Below, piece after piece: positions 15,953-24,706 of a DNA stretch of 32,000 nt. Origin of the DNA: Aquifex aeolicus VF5 (GTDB lineage: Bacteria > Aquificota > Aquificia > Aquificales > Aquificaceae); the NCBI RefSeq assembly GCF_000008625.1, contig NC_000918.1, positions 1,380,001-1,412,000 of the forward strand, in the 5' to 3' direction. The stretch's first letter is position 1. The number at the start of each line of letters is the position of its first letter. Below the pieces are notes generated by a model. The model was not told the DNA's origin. It did not search any database and worked only from the letters and a program-made list of their open reading frames with translations. The translations under genes and the position numbers were made by a program.

Positions 15953-16539
15953 AGAGAATCGGACTTACGGGAAACATAGGTTGCGGAAAGTCCACGGTAG
16001 CACAAATGTTCAGAGAACTCGGGGCTTATGTCCTAGACGCAGATAAGTTAATCCACTCCTTTTACAGAAAAGGACACCCCGTTTACGAGGAAGTCGTTAA
16101 AACCTTCGGTAAAGGTATACTGGACGAAGAGGGAAATATAGACAGGAAAAAACTCGCAGACATAGTTTTTAAAGATGAAGAGAAGTTAAGAAAACTGGAA
16201 GAAATCACCCACAGAGCCCTTTACAAAGAGATTGAAAAAATTACTAAAAACCTATCCGAAGACACCCTCTTTATCTTGGAAGCCAGTCTCCTAGTTGAGA
16301 AGGGAACTTACAAAAATTACGATAAGTTAATCGTGGTTTACGCACCTTATGAGGTTTGCAAAGAGAGGGCAATAAAGAGAGGTATGAGTGAAGAGGACTT
16401 TGAAAGGAGATGGAAAAAGCAGATGCCAATAGAGGAAAAGGTAAAGTACGCGGACTACGTTATAGACAACTCAGGAAGTATTGAAGAGACCTATAAGCAG
16501 GTAAAGAAGGTTTACGAAGAACTCACAAGAGACCCTTGA
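15949..16539 (+). CDS. coaE: Dephospho-CoA kinase
   Basis: P-loop GLTGNIGCGKST sits directly after a GTG at 15949 that overlaps the suhB stop (GTGA). The ORF-track N-terminal extension from 15793 lies inside suhB and looks non-coding. Confidence 0.88.
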   Translation: MKRIGLTGNIGCGKSTVAQMFRELGAYVLDADKLIHSFYRKGHPVYEEVVKTFGKGILDEEGNIDRKKLADIVFKDEEKLRKLEEITHRALYKEIEKITKNLSEDTLFILEASLLVEKGTYKNYDKLIVVYAPYEVCKERAIKRGMSEEDFERRWKKQMPIEEKVKYADYVIDNSGSIEETYKQVKKVYEELTRDP

Positions 16540-17248
16540 GTTTGTAAAAGAGCAATCCTATGTACTCCCTAATGGCTATGGACGAGTCGTAAAAGACGCT
16601 GTACTTTGGAAAAAGGCTATAAACGTTGTACTTCCCTTCAAACTTCAAGTCCGTGGGGTAAGGGATTACCTCGAGACCTGCTTTTTTAAAAACCCCCACC
16701 GCCCTTGGCATGTGAAAGCCAGAAGTTACCAATATTACTTCTTTACACTTTAATAGTTTTTCACACATCTCCTTTACGAACTTTGCGTTTTCAAAGGTGT
16801 CCCTGCTCCTCACGTCCGTGTAGATATCCTCTTCCGGAACTCCGAAGCTCCTTAACAGTTCCTTCATAACTTTAGCTTCAGGGATAACGTTTATTGAAGC
16901 TCCGCCGGAGAGAATAATGGGTTTCTTTAATTCCTTGTAAAGCAAAAAGCCAGTTATGAGTCTTTTAAAAGAAGAAGCTTTAAGCCTTCCGTTGTTGTAA
17001 ACGCCTCCTCCCAGAACAACTATGGCATCTCCCTTCAAAACTTCGGGTTTTTTGTAGTAATTCTCAAGAGGGTAAATTAGCAAATCCTTTATAGGTTCTA
17101 CGGATATGAGGTATAGAGACAAGGCACAGAGAAGGGCAAACCTTCTTAAGAACTTTCCCTTTGAGAGGAACGATATAAACAGGAAAGCTATTACGTAAAT
17201 CCCGGGTGGCAGTATGAAGTAGGAGATTAACTTTTTTAGGAAGAACAT
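16523..17248 (-). CDS. DUF218 / YdcF-ElyC-like membrane-anchored protein
   Basis: N-terminal TM segments, then a DUF218-type core (VVLGGG...ILSGG...LVTSGFHMPRA). The start overlaps the exbD stop (TAATG). Confidence 0.8.
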   Translation of the reverse strand: MFFLKKLISYFILPPGIYVIAFLFISFLSKGKFLRRFALLCALSLYLISVEPIKDLLIYPLENYYKKPEVLKGDAIVVLGGGVYNNGRLKASSFKRLITGFLLYKELKKPIILSGGASINVIPEAKVMKELLRSFGVPEEDIYTDVRSRDTFENAKFVKEMCEKLLKCKEVILVTSGFHMPRAVGVFKKAGLEVIPYPTDLKFEGKYNVYSLFPKYSVFYDSSIAIREYIGLLFYKLKGLL

Positions 17249-17649
17249 TACTCCTTCTTCCGAACCGCTATTATAACGTTTTCTATTCCGTTCTTCCTCG
17301 CTAAATCCATTACCTGAACCACGAACTTATGCTTTACGTTTTCGTCTGCTTCTATTATGAGGTAATCGTACTTCTTCTCTTTAAAAAGCTTTTCCAGATC
17401 TTCCGAGGAAACACTCTTTCCCTGAACTTTCATATTCCCCTTCTCGTCTATCTGAACCTTCAGGGCGGTGATTTGTACTTTTTCTCCCGTTTCCGCGAAG
17501 GGCAGTTTAACGGCTATAAAGGTCTCAGGGGACTGGAAGGCGAGTATCGCGAGGAATAGAAACACCGCCAAGAGCGTATCTACTAAAGGAACTACGTCTA
17601 TGTACGCCCTTTCTTCTTCCCTGAACCTTAACCTTTTCCTCAGGTTCAT
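17248..17649 (-). CDS. exbD: Biopolymer transport protein ExbD/TolR
   Basis: Single TM with a conserved Asp (IDVVPLVDTLL) and a periplasmic ExbD domain. 133 aa. Confidence 0.88.
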   Translation of the reverse strand: MNLRKRLRFREEERAYIDVVPLVDTLLAVFLFLAILAFQSPETFIAVKLPFAETGEKVQITALKVQIDEKGNMKVQGKSVSSEDLEKLFKEKKYDYLIIEADENVKHKFVVQVMDLARKNGIENVIIAVRKKE

Positions 17650-17653
17650 ATCT

Positions 17654-18268
17654 TTACTCCAGAGAGTGTATGATTTCCCTCGCTTCCTCGCTGATTCTGT
17701 CTAGTATGTGATTTCCTATAGCCTTGTAAACCCAGTAAGCGAGAAGTGCAGGGATTGCAACTCCTAGTCCCGTTGCCGCAGCCACGAGAACTTCACTAAT
17801 TCCTTTAGCAAGCAGGTTCATAGCCTCTCCTTGAGTGGTTATTGCGTAAGCTTGAAACACCTTTATAAGACCCGTTATCGTTCCGAATAGTCCAAGAAGC
17901 GGAGCAACCGAAGCCGTGGTGGAGAGTATGGGCAGGTTTTTCTCTATTTTTGGAACTAAAGCGGAAAGCTCCTCCTCCATCAGCCTTATCAGGTATCCCT
18001 TTTCCTTTTTTCCTTTCAGGTATTCCTCAAGGGTTACCGATACAGCCTTCGTGAAAGGGTGATCAACCACAGTGGAAATCTTCAGGGCACTCTCGTAATC
18101 CCCCCTGCTTATTAGGGCTTTTATCTCCGTTAAATTCCGTGGAAGGAAGTTCTTTACCCTCAGGTTAACAGCCCTCTCTATTATCACGTACCACGAGAGT
18201 ATAGAAAGTAAAATCAGGGGGTACATAACTATACCGCCCTTTTCTATCCACGCTAAAATGGCTTCCAT
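17654..18268 (-). CDS. exbB: MotA/TolQ/ExbB proton-channel family protein
   Basis: Three-TM topology with the conserved C-terminal block APLLGLFGTITGLI...GISEVLVAAATGLGVAIPAL. Confidence 0.88.
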   Translation of the reverse strand: MEAILAWIEKGGIVMYPLILLSILSWYVIIERAVNLRVKNFLPRNLTEIKALISRGDYESALKISTVVDHPFTKAVSVTLEEYLKGKKEKGYLIRLMEEELSALVPKIEKNLPILSTTASVAPLLGLFGTITGLIKVFQAYAITTQGEAMNLLAKGISEVLVAAATGLGVAIPALLAYWVYKAIGNHILDRISEEAREIIHSLE

Positions 18269-18271
18269 AAC

Positions 18272-20833
18272 TTACCCTCCGCACTCTGGAAGTCCCTTCT
18301 TTAATTCTAAAACCCTTTCCTCTTCCCACTTCTCCAGTTTGAGACCTTCAAGCCTCTTGAGTATGCAGGAAGCGTCCTTCTTTGCTCCGAAGCTCTTTAA
18401 GAGTGTTGTACTTTCCAAAACTGCTCTCTTATAGAAGGGAAGGTCCTTCTTTTCGCTCAATACAACCTCAAGGAAGTACTCAAGGGCTTTTTTATCGTCT
18501 TCACCTTTGTACTCGTTGCCGAGGTAGTAAGCGGCGCTCAGGGCAACTTCAGGTTTTGCACTCTTGTAAGCAATAAAGAGGTATTTTCTCTTCTTCGTTT
18601 TTTCGTAAAGTTTTAGAGCTACTTCCTTTAATTCCTCGGATTCGGGGTACTTCTTTATGAGCCTGTTAAATAGCCTCTCCGCTTCCTTTATCCTCCCGAG
18701 CTTTAGGTATATCTGTATAGCTTTTACCTTTTCAGGGTCACTCCTCTTTTCAAGGAGTCTAGCGAGCTTAAGGAGGTTTCCCCTTTCTTCGTAAAAGGTA
18801 ACGAGTTTAGCAAAAGCCTCCTCCGCTACGGCCTTATCCTTTGACTTTAAAAGGTTTATTAAAATCCTTTCCTTTTCTGAGGGATTGTCTACAACATCCG
18901 CTAGGAGCAGTGAAGCCCTGTCCCTGTATTCGGGATTATTTACGAGCTTCCTGAGTATGAACTGTGCTTCTACCTTTCTCCCCTCCTTCGCGTAAATTCG
19001 CGCAAGCTGGAGCTTGAGTTCAGGAAGGAGGGGACTGTTCGGATACTTCTCCTCAAAGTCTTTTACTATTTTTTCAAGCTCCTTTGTGGGGGCTTCTATC
19101 TCAATCTGTGCAACACCGAGGAGTGCTTCCTTCGCCTCCGGATTCTGGGAGTACTTACTGAGTATTAGTGTGTATATGGCCCTTGCCTTTTCCTTTTGCC
19201 CGAGGTTGTAATAGGAGTCCGCAAGTTTTAGGAGGGCTTTTAACCTGTACTCCTCGTTTTGAGTGAGTTTCTCGAAGTAAGGAATAGCCTTTTCGTACTC
19301 CCCGTCTATGAAATAACTGAGCCCCGTGAGGTAAACTTCTTCAGGTGTTTCGTTGTAAAGGAACTTCCTCGCCAGTTCCCCTTTACCGAGCGAAATCGCA
19401 GCCTTTGCCTTTAGTACCCTTGCCTCGTAAGAGTTATCATCTTTGAGAAGTTCAAGAACCTTTTCGTAATCTCCCGCGTTGAAGTAAGCTACCGCTTTGT
19501 AGTAAGGGTTGTCGAAGTACTTTTCTGCCTCAAGCCAGTTTCCTTTTTTGAATAGGTACCAGCCGTAATACTCTTTGTAAAGTTTAGGGTACTTTCCTGC
19601 GATCTCTTCGAGTGTTTTCAGGAACTCATCTTCCATGTCCGTAGAGTAGAGCACTTCCAGTAGAAGTCTGTAGTACTCCCTGTCTCTGTCTTTGACATTT
19701 TTGAGAATTTCATAGGCTTTTTCGTAATCCTTTAACTTTAGGGCTGCGTATACTGCGTACTTCCACTTCCCCGCCTTCTCAAAGTATTCAAGAGCTTTCC
19801 TGTAATTTCCTCCGTTGTACGCCTTTACACCTGCGTACTCAAGTACCCACTTCTCTCCGGTTTTTCTGTACACGAAGTCCGCAAGGGAATGATCTTTAAG
19901 GAAAAGAGAGAGGTAAACACTCTTTGCAAGTTCCGGGTTTAAGGTTTCCAGTATCACAGCGTAATCCAGAGCTTCCTTCGTTTTCCCTTCGTTCAGGGCT
20001 ATTAGAGCTAAGTAGTAAAGGACTACATCCCTGTAAGGTATGAGCTTGTCTTTAAATTCCAGTAAGATTTTTTTAGCCTCCTCTAATCTGCCCCAGTTAA
20101 AGAGCTTTATAGCCCTCCTTACCTTTGTGCTTATGAGGTAATCGAGGTTAGGTCTTCCCGCTATGAAGTCGTTAACGTAGGCACAGTACTTTTTAAAGGT
20201 GTACCTCTGACAGTTTTGAATTTCCTTTTTTGGGATAATTCCGCTCTCTCTTATCATGTAGACGTACTTCCAGAGTAAGGGCTCCTCCGTGGGGTAGGGT
20301 TTTTCGAAGAGCTGGAAGTAAAGTGCGAAGAAACTCTCACAGGAGGGCATGGTGTACATATGTGCGGTGTTGCAGGCTTCTTCAAAGAGTTTTAAAGCCT
20401 CTTCTTTTTTGCCTTTCTTGACGTAAACGAGACCGAGGATGTACTTTCCCGCGTTAGTGTAGGGCGAGTTAGGTATGGAAATTAAATCCTTTAAGTACTT
20501 TTCCGAGGCAAAGAGGTTTCCCTTTTTGTAAGCTTCAACGGCGTTTTTGTACAGGTTTACGTCCTTCGGAGCTCCGCAACCTCCCTCCTTTGGAACGTAA
20601 AGCTCGGCTTCCTCTATCTCCTTCGGAGGTTCTAACACTTTTCCGATGATGTTTTGGAGAATTACCTCTCTCTTTCTGAAGGAGAGTTTATCTGGCGGGA
20701 TGTAGGGGGGCTTTTCAACCTTTATTATGTCTTTTACTTTGACTTTTACAGTCAGTTCTTTTTGCAGTTCTTCGGAAAAAAGAAGCAGGGGGATTAATAA
20801 TAAAAGACTAAAGAGCTTTATGGGCTTCAACAT
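18272..20833 (-). CDS. Secreted 853-aa tetratricopeptide-repeat protein
   Basis: N-terminal signal peptide (LFSLLLLIPLLLFS). Many 34-aa TPR-like units with the recurrent A..YY..G....A...F pattern run through the whole length. Confidence 0.85.
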   Translation of the reverse strand: MLKPIKLFSLLLLIPLLLFSEELQKELTVKVKVKDIIKVEKPPYIPPDKLSFRKREVILQNIIGKVLEPPKEIEEAELYVPKEGGCGAPKDVNLYKNAVEAYKKGNLFASEKYLKDLISIPNSPYTNAGKYILGLVYVKKGKKEEALKLFEEACNTAHMYTMPSCESFFALYFQLFEKPYPTEEPLLWKYVYMIRESGIIPKKEIQNCQRYTFKKYCAYVNDFIAGRPNLDYLISTKVRRAIKLFNWGRLEEAKKILLEFKDKLIPYRDVVLYYLALIALNEGKTKEALDYAVILETLNPELAKSVYLSLFLKDHSLADFVYRKTGEKWVLEYAGVKAYNGGNYRKALEYFEKAGKWKYAVYAALKLKDYEKAYEILKNVKDRDREYYRLLLEVLYSTDMEDEFLKTLEEIAGKYPKLYKEYYGWYLFKKGNWLEAEKYFDNPYYKAVAYFNAGDYEKVLELLKDDNSYEARVLKAKAAISLGKGELARKFLYNETPEEVYLTGLSYFIDGEYEKAIPYFEKLTQNEEYRLKALLKLADSYYNLGQKEKARAIYTLILSKYSQNPEAKEALLGVAQIEIEAPTKELEKIVKDFEEKYPNSPLLPELKLQLARIYAKEGRKVEAQFILRKLVNNPEYRDRASLLLADVVDNPSEKERILINLLKSKDKAVAEEAFAKLVTFYEERGNLLKLARLLEKRSDPEKVKAIQIYLKLGRIKEAERLFNRLIKKYPESEELKEVALKLYEKTKKRKYLFIAYKSAKPEVALSAAYYLGNEYKGEDDKKALEYFLEVVLSEKKDLPFYKRAVLESTTLLKSFGAKKDASCILKRLEGLKLEKWEEERVLELKKGLPECGG

Positions 20834-21446
20834 ACAAATCCCCCAAGTGACACGTAATGTTGAGCTTTTGAATCACGTTCCTCCCTTCACTGTCTAAGTA
20901 TACCACCGAGTAAGAGGCGTTGTCACACCCAAAACTCCAGAACTTAGAAAGGTCAATGTCCAGCACCGCACAGTAAAGACATCGTATAGGAACCGTGTGG
21001 GATACTACTGCAACCGTCTTCTCGTTGTAATTCTTCAGTAAGAATTCAAGAAAATTTTTAACTCTTTTAAAAACGTCTAAAAGGGATTCTCCGCCTTCAA
21101 ACTTTACTCTGTGAGGTTCTTTTAACCACTTCTCAAATTCTTTCGGAAATTTTTGTTTCACTTCTTCAACCAGAAGTCCGGACCACTTCCCGTGGTCTAT
21201 CTCTATCACTCTTTCTTCGGGAATAGGCTCAAGTCCTATCTCCTCACCTATAATTTTTGCGGTTTTAAAAGTTCTTTTAAGGGGGGAGGAGAAGAGAACC
21301 TGAATGTTTTCTTTTTTTAGGGCCTTTGCAAGCCTCCTTGCCTGCTCAACACCCCTTTCAGTTAAATCCGGATCGAGGAGTCCCTGATAGCGTCCTATGG
21401 GATTCCATTCGCTTTCCGCATGCCTTACAACTATGAGCTTGAGCAT
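20808..21446 (-). CDS. Histidine phosphatase (phosphoglycerate mutase) family protein
   Basis: N-terminal RHAESEWN catalytic motif and a downstream VSHTVPIR motif. 212 aa. The substrate cannot be assigned from sequence. Confidence 0.85.
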   Translation of the reverse strand: MLKLIVVRHAESEWNPIGRYQGLLDPDLTERGVEQARRLAKALKKENIQVLFSSPLKRTFKTAKIIGEEIGLEPIPEERVIEIDHGKWSGLLVEEVKQKFPKEFEKWLKEPHRVKFEGGESLLDVFKRVKNFLEFLLKNYNEKTVAVVSHTVPIRCLYCAVLDIDLSKFWSFGCDNASYSVVYLDSEGRNVIQKLNITCHLGDLYVEAHKAL

Positions 21447-21454
21447 TCATAAAA

Positions 21455-22363
21455 TTATATACACTCCTGTCCCATCTTCCTTGCAAGCTCACAGAGTCTC
21501 TGTATTCTCTTTTCCGTTGAAGGGTGTGTAGAGAGTAGTTCCATTATTCCACCGCCCTTTAGGGGATTTTCTATGAAGAGGTGTGCTGTTCCGGGATTTA
21601 CATTTGCGGGAACCTGCATTACGTACTCTTCAATCTTTTTGAGTGCCCTCGCAAGTGCCACTGGACAACCGCATATCTTGGCTCCGGTCTCGTCCGCGAA
21701 GTACTCCCTTGAACGGGATATTGCGAGCTGTACGATCGTGGCTATTATGGGAACGATTATGATCATAAGTATTGCACCTATCATTTCTGCAAAACCGCCA
21801 CCTTCCTCTTCTTCATTCCTGTTGAGTCCTCCGAAGAATAGTGCCCACTGTGCCATGTTTGCGAGGAATCCTATCGCTCCCGCTATGGTTGCCGCTATGG
21901 TTGCAACGAGGACGTCCCTGTTTTTAATGTGTGCAAGTTCGTGAGCGAGAACACCCTTCAATTCCTCCTGATCCAGTATTTCAAGAATTCCTCTCGTTAC
22001 CGCAACAGCTGCGTGCCCCGGTCCTCTTCCCGTTGCAAAGGCATTTGGCTGTTCCATGGGAACTAAGTAGATTTTTGGCTTTGGCATGTTAGCCCTTCTT
22101 GCGAGCTCTTCCACTATCTGGTGTAGCCACGGAGCTTCTTCATACGGTATTTCCCTCGCACCGTACATGGAGAGGACTATCTTGTCTGAGAACCAGTAAC
22201 TCATAAAGTTCATAAAACCTGCGATAATAAGGGCGATTAACATTCCGGCAGTTCCACCGATAATCCCGCCTATAGCCATTAAAAGACCGTTAAAACTCCG
22301 AGAAGTATTACAGTTCTTAACGTCCAGCTCATCACCAAACCTCAGAAATTCTCTCTCACTCAT
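21455..22363 (-). CDS. htpX: HtpX-type M48 membrane zinc metalloprotease
   Basis: HELAHIKNRD zinc motif, TM segments and the ADETGA motif. The start is uncertain. The ORF-track start (22453) overlaps the upstream gene by 74 nt, so I chose the ATG at 22363, the first one downstream of that gene's stop. Confidence 0.8.
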   Translation of the reverse strand: MSEREFLRFGDELDVKNCNTSRSFNGLLMAIGGIIGGTAGMLIALIIAGFMNFMSYWFSDKIVLSMYGAREIPYEEAPWLHQIVEELARRANMPKPKIYLVPMEQPNAFATGRGPGHAAVAVTRGILEILDQEELKGVLAHELAHIKNRDVLVATIAATIAGAIGFLANMAQWALFFGGLNRNEEEEGGGFAEMIGAILMIIIVPIIATIVQLAISRSREYFADETGAKICGCPVALARALKKIEEYVMQVPANVNPGTAHLFIENPLKGGGIMELLSTHPSTEKRIQRLCELARKMGQECI

Positions 22364-22379
22364 AGGTTCATACTCGATA

Positions 22380-23027
22380 TTAAAAACGGGCTTGCCAGAG
22401 TCTATAAGGAGATAATAATACAAAACACTCTTTGAATTTATGACACTCTTCAACTACGGAAAAGTCAAAGTAATTTAAGAGTTCCTCCACCAGAACTCCG
22501 TTGTTCTTGAGTCCTATCTTAAGTCCGATTTTCTTTGCCTCTCTGCTCAGAAATACAGCGTAATCTTTAAGGTCTTCTTTTGTGAGGTTAAATCCTGTAT
22601 CGTACAGGTATATGTCAAGGTTATCCGGATCAACACCATCACACCCTTTTTGCTTTGCGAGTTTAAGTCTCTTTACCATGAGTTCCCTTACTTTTTCGTT
22701 TCTGACATCCAAAAAGTACTCACCTTCCCATCCCTCATAAGGTTTTCCTATAGCTTCTTTCGGAAACTCATTTGCATCGGGTCTCCACTCTTCCCAAGTT
22801 CCCGCGGAGAAATAACAAATAACGGTTTTACCTTTGGCTTTTAATTCGTTTATCACTTGAACGGAGTTATCAAAAAGATCTATGTCGTAAAGTTCTACGT
22901 TTTTCGTAGTATCCACTTTACCTTTAAGTTGTATATACCAAGTAATCTGTGGCGCTTTTTTGTCAGTACCCCCACCGCCATCACAGGAAAATGCAAAAAA
23001 TATTAAAAGATTAAAGAGCGTAACCAA
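22380..23027 (-). CDS. Glycoside hydrolase family 114-like (endo-alpha-1,4-polygalactosaminidase-like) putative lipoprotein
   Basis: VICYFSAGTWEEWRPD, FLDVRN and GCDGVDPDNLD resemble GH114/TM1410-type TIM-barrel hydrolases. It has a short signal sequence ending in a lipobox-like FAFSC. TTG start overlaps the era 3' end by 17 nt. Confidence 0.65.
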   Translation of the reverse strand: MVTLFNLLIFFAFSCDGGGGTDKKAPQITWYIQLKGKVDTTKNVELYDIDLFDNSVQVINELKAKGKTVICYFSAGTWEEWRPDANEFPKEAIGKPYEGWEGEYFLDVRNEKVRELMVKRLKLAKQKGCDGVDPDNLDIYLYDTGFNLTKEDLKDYAVFLSREAKKIGLKIGLKNNGVLVEELLNYFDFSVVEECHKFKECFVLLSPYRLWQARF

Positions 23028-23916
23028 ATAACCTGACGTATTCAGGTCTTCTCCTCCAGTCCGGTACCACCTTAACCCAGAGTTCCAGGTAAACGGGTCT
23101 GCCCAGAATTAATTCAAGTTCCTGTCTTGCCCTCTTCCCTATTTCTTTGAGTCTCTGGCCCTTCTTTCCGATGATTATGGGTTTAAGGTTTTCCCTGTCC
23201 ACTATTATTTCTCCCTTTATCACGAGCATGTTCGGGTTCGCGTCACCGGGTTTTATTTCATTTATCTTCACCGCTATGGACGTTGGAACTTCTTCTCTCG
23301 TTAGCATCATCGCCTTTTCCCTCACTATTTCCGCCGCAAGAAGTCTGAGGGGTAGATCAGTAATCATATCCTCGGGAAAGAGGGGTTCTCCCTCAGGCAG
23401 GTACTTCAAAATCGTCTTTACTAGTTCATCCAGGTTTGCACCTTTCAATGCACTAATCGGAACTATTTCCGTAAGTTCAGGGTGTTTCTTGTGTATCTCA
23501 TCTATTAAAGGAAGTACGTTTTTGGCAGGACCTATTTTGTCTATCTTGTTTATGACGACTATTACGGGTTTATTTAAGGGTTTAATAAAGTTCTGGTATA
23601 TCTCCTCGTCTCTCGGTCTCCAGCCTTCCGTTGCGTCAATCATAAAGAGAATTACGTCTGCTTCTTCCAGAGATTGTTTTGCTATTTCCACCATGGAATG
23701 TCCTAGAACATCTGACTTTTTCGGCTCGTATATACCGGGTGTGTCCAGGAATATAATCTGGGCTTCGTTGGGGATGTTTTTCACTCCAAGGACGCGCATA
23801 CGCGTAGTTCCGGCTTTTGGTGAAATGATAGATACTTTTGTCCCGAGTAAGTTGTTGAGTAGCGTGGACTTTCCCACGTTCGGTTTTCCGACTATTGCAA
23901 CGTATCCGACCTTCAT
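23011..23916 (-). CDS. era: GTPase Era
   Basis: G1 GKPNVGKST, G3 DTPG, G4 NKID, and a C-terminal KH domain (IIGKKGQRLKEIG). 301 aa. GGAGGT SD upstream. Confidence 0.95.
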   Translation of the reverse strand: MKVGYVAIVGKPNVGKSTLLNNLLGTKVSIISPKAGTTRMRVLGVKNIPNEAQIIFLDTPGIYEPKKSDVLGHSMVEIAKQSLEEADVILFMIDATEGWRPRDEEIYQNFIKPLNKPVIVVINKIDKIGPAKNVLPLIDEIHKKHPELTEIVPISALKGANLDELVKTILKYLPEGEPLFPEDMITDLPLRLLAAEIVREKAMMLTREEVPTSIAVKINEIKPGDANPNMLVIKGEIIVDRENLKPIIIGKKGQRLKEIGKRARQELELILGRPVYLELWVKVVPDWRRRPEYVRLFGYAL

Positions 23917-23943
23917 AAAAACCTCCGTTTACTAAACTTAATT

Positions 23944-23957
23944 TTCTTTATAAAGAA
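23944..23957. repeat. Perfect 14-bp palindrome TTCTTTATAAAGAA in the cinA-era spacer
   Basis: The sequence equals its own reverse complement. It is centred about 35 nt upstream of the era ATG and contains TATAAA/TTTATA. Confidence 0.5.
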
Positions 23958-23978
23958 TATATCATATTTTCCTTTTGG

Positions 23979-24668
23979 CTACCTCTTCAGGAGTTTTAGT
24001 AGGTAAAATATAGCGGTTTGCGTGGAGAGAAACCTGTTTTCGTTCCTGCTTCCTTTAAAAATCCTCTTAATTACCGTCAATTTATCCTTTACAAAGATTC
24101 CTATGTAGGTAAGACCTTGAGGTTTTGTAAGTGTTCCGCCCGGCCCGGCTATGCCCGTTATCGCTATCCCACAGTCAGTTCCTAAATTGCTCTTCAGTCC
24201 TACCGTCATCTCCAAGCACGTTTGCCAGGAAACCGCACCGTATTTTTTTAGCGTATCCTCACTGACGCATAGATACTTTACCTTCAAATCGTTCGAGTAA
24301 ACCACAAAACCTCCGACGAAGTACTCGGAACTTCCCGGAACGTTTACAATCCTCGAAGACAGCATACCCGCTGTACAACTTTCTGCAGTCGAGAGAGTAA
24401 AACCTTTTTCCTTTAAAATTCTGCCGAGAGTTTCCTCTAAACTTTCGGGTCTATCCGTGTAAACGTAATCACTCAGGATTTCCTTAGCTTTTTTCCATTC
24501 TTCTTCCTTCTCAAAAGTAAGGTCAACTCCGCTCAAAGATGCAAGGATTTCGTAGTTTAAGTCCTTTAATTTTTCTTTTACTTGTCCTTCTTTAATCTCA
24601 AAGGTTCTGAGAACGTACTTTCCTTCAGGTATTTTTTCCTCACAGGGGAAGGGCAGTAGTGTACTCAT
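23979..24668 (-). CDS. cinA: CinA-family protein with a C-terminal PncC (nicotinamide-nucleotide amidohydrolase) domain only
   Basis: TAESCTAGMLSS...PGSSEYFVGGFVVYSN...GIAITGIAGPGG is typical of the CinA C-terminal domain. There is no N-terminal MoCF-binding domain. I prefer the ATG at 24668 (TACAAT at -12..-7) over the TTG at 24689. Confidence 0.85.
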   Translation of the reverse strand: MSTLLPFPCEEKIPEGKYVLRTFEIKEGQVKEKLKDLNYEILASLSGVDLTFEKEEEWKKAKEILSDYVYTDRPESLEETLGRILKEKGFTLSTAESCTAGMLSSRIVNVPGSSEYFVGGFVVYSNDLKVKYLCVSEDTLKKYGAVSWQTCLEMTVGLKSNLGTDCGIAITGIAGPGGTLTKPQGLTYIGIFVKDKLTVIKRIFKGSRNENRFLSTQTAIFYLLKLLKR

Positions 24669-24670
24669 AT

Positions 24671-24680
24671 TATAATTGTA
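24671..24680. promoter_or_regulatory. Overlapping divergent -10-like hexamers (TATAAT on +, TACAAT on -)
   Basis: TATAAT at 24671-24676 lies 31 nt upstream of the SD-bearing hydrolase gene. Minus-strand TACAAT (24680-24675) sits at -12..-7 of the cinA ATG. Confidence 0.35.
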
Positions 24681-24706
24681 GATAAACAAAAAGAAGGAGG
24701 TGGAAA

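Noticed and set aside
22364-22453. The upstream 30-codon extension of htpX (MKSVINSKSVLYYYLLIDSG...).
   Set aside because: It would overlap the GH114-like gene by 74 nt, and its composition is atypical. The start remains uncertain, and an even later ATG at 22279 is possible.
23147-23935. A 262-aa ORF on the + strand that covers almost the whole of era in antisense.
   Set aside because: Its translation is Ser/Phe/Ile/Leu-rich low-complexity sequence, as expected from reading Lys/Glu-rich codons (AAG, GAA, GAG) backwards. Stop codons are rare in that antisense frame because TTA/CTA/TCA codons are rare in the sense frame. There is no SD, and era on the other strand is unambiguous. This is a shadow ORF.
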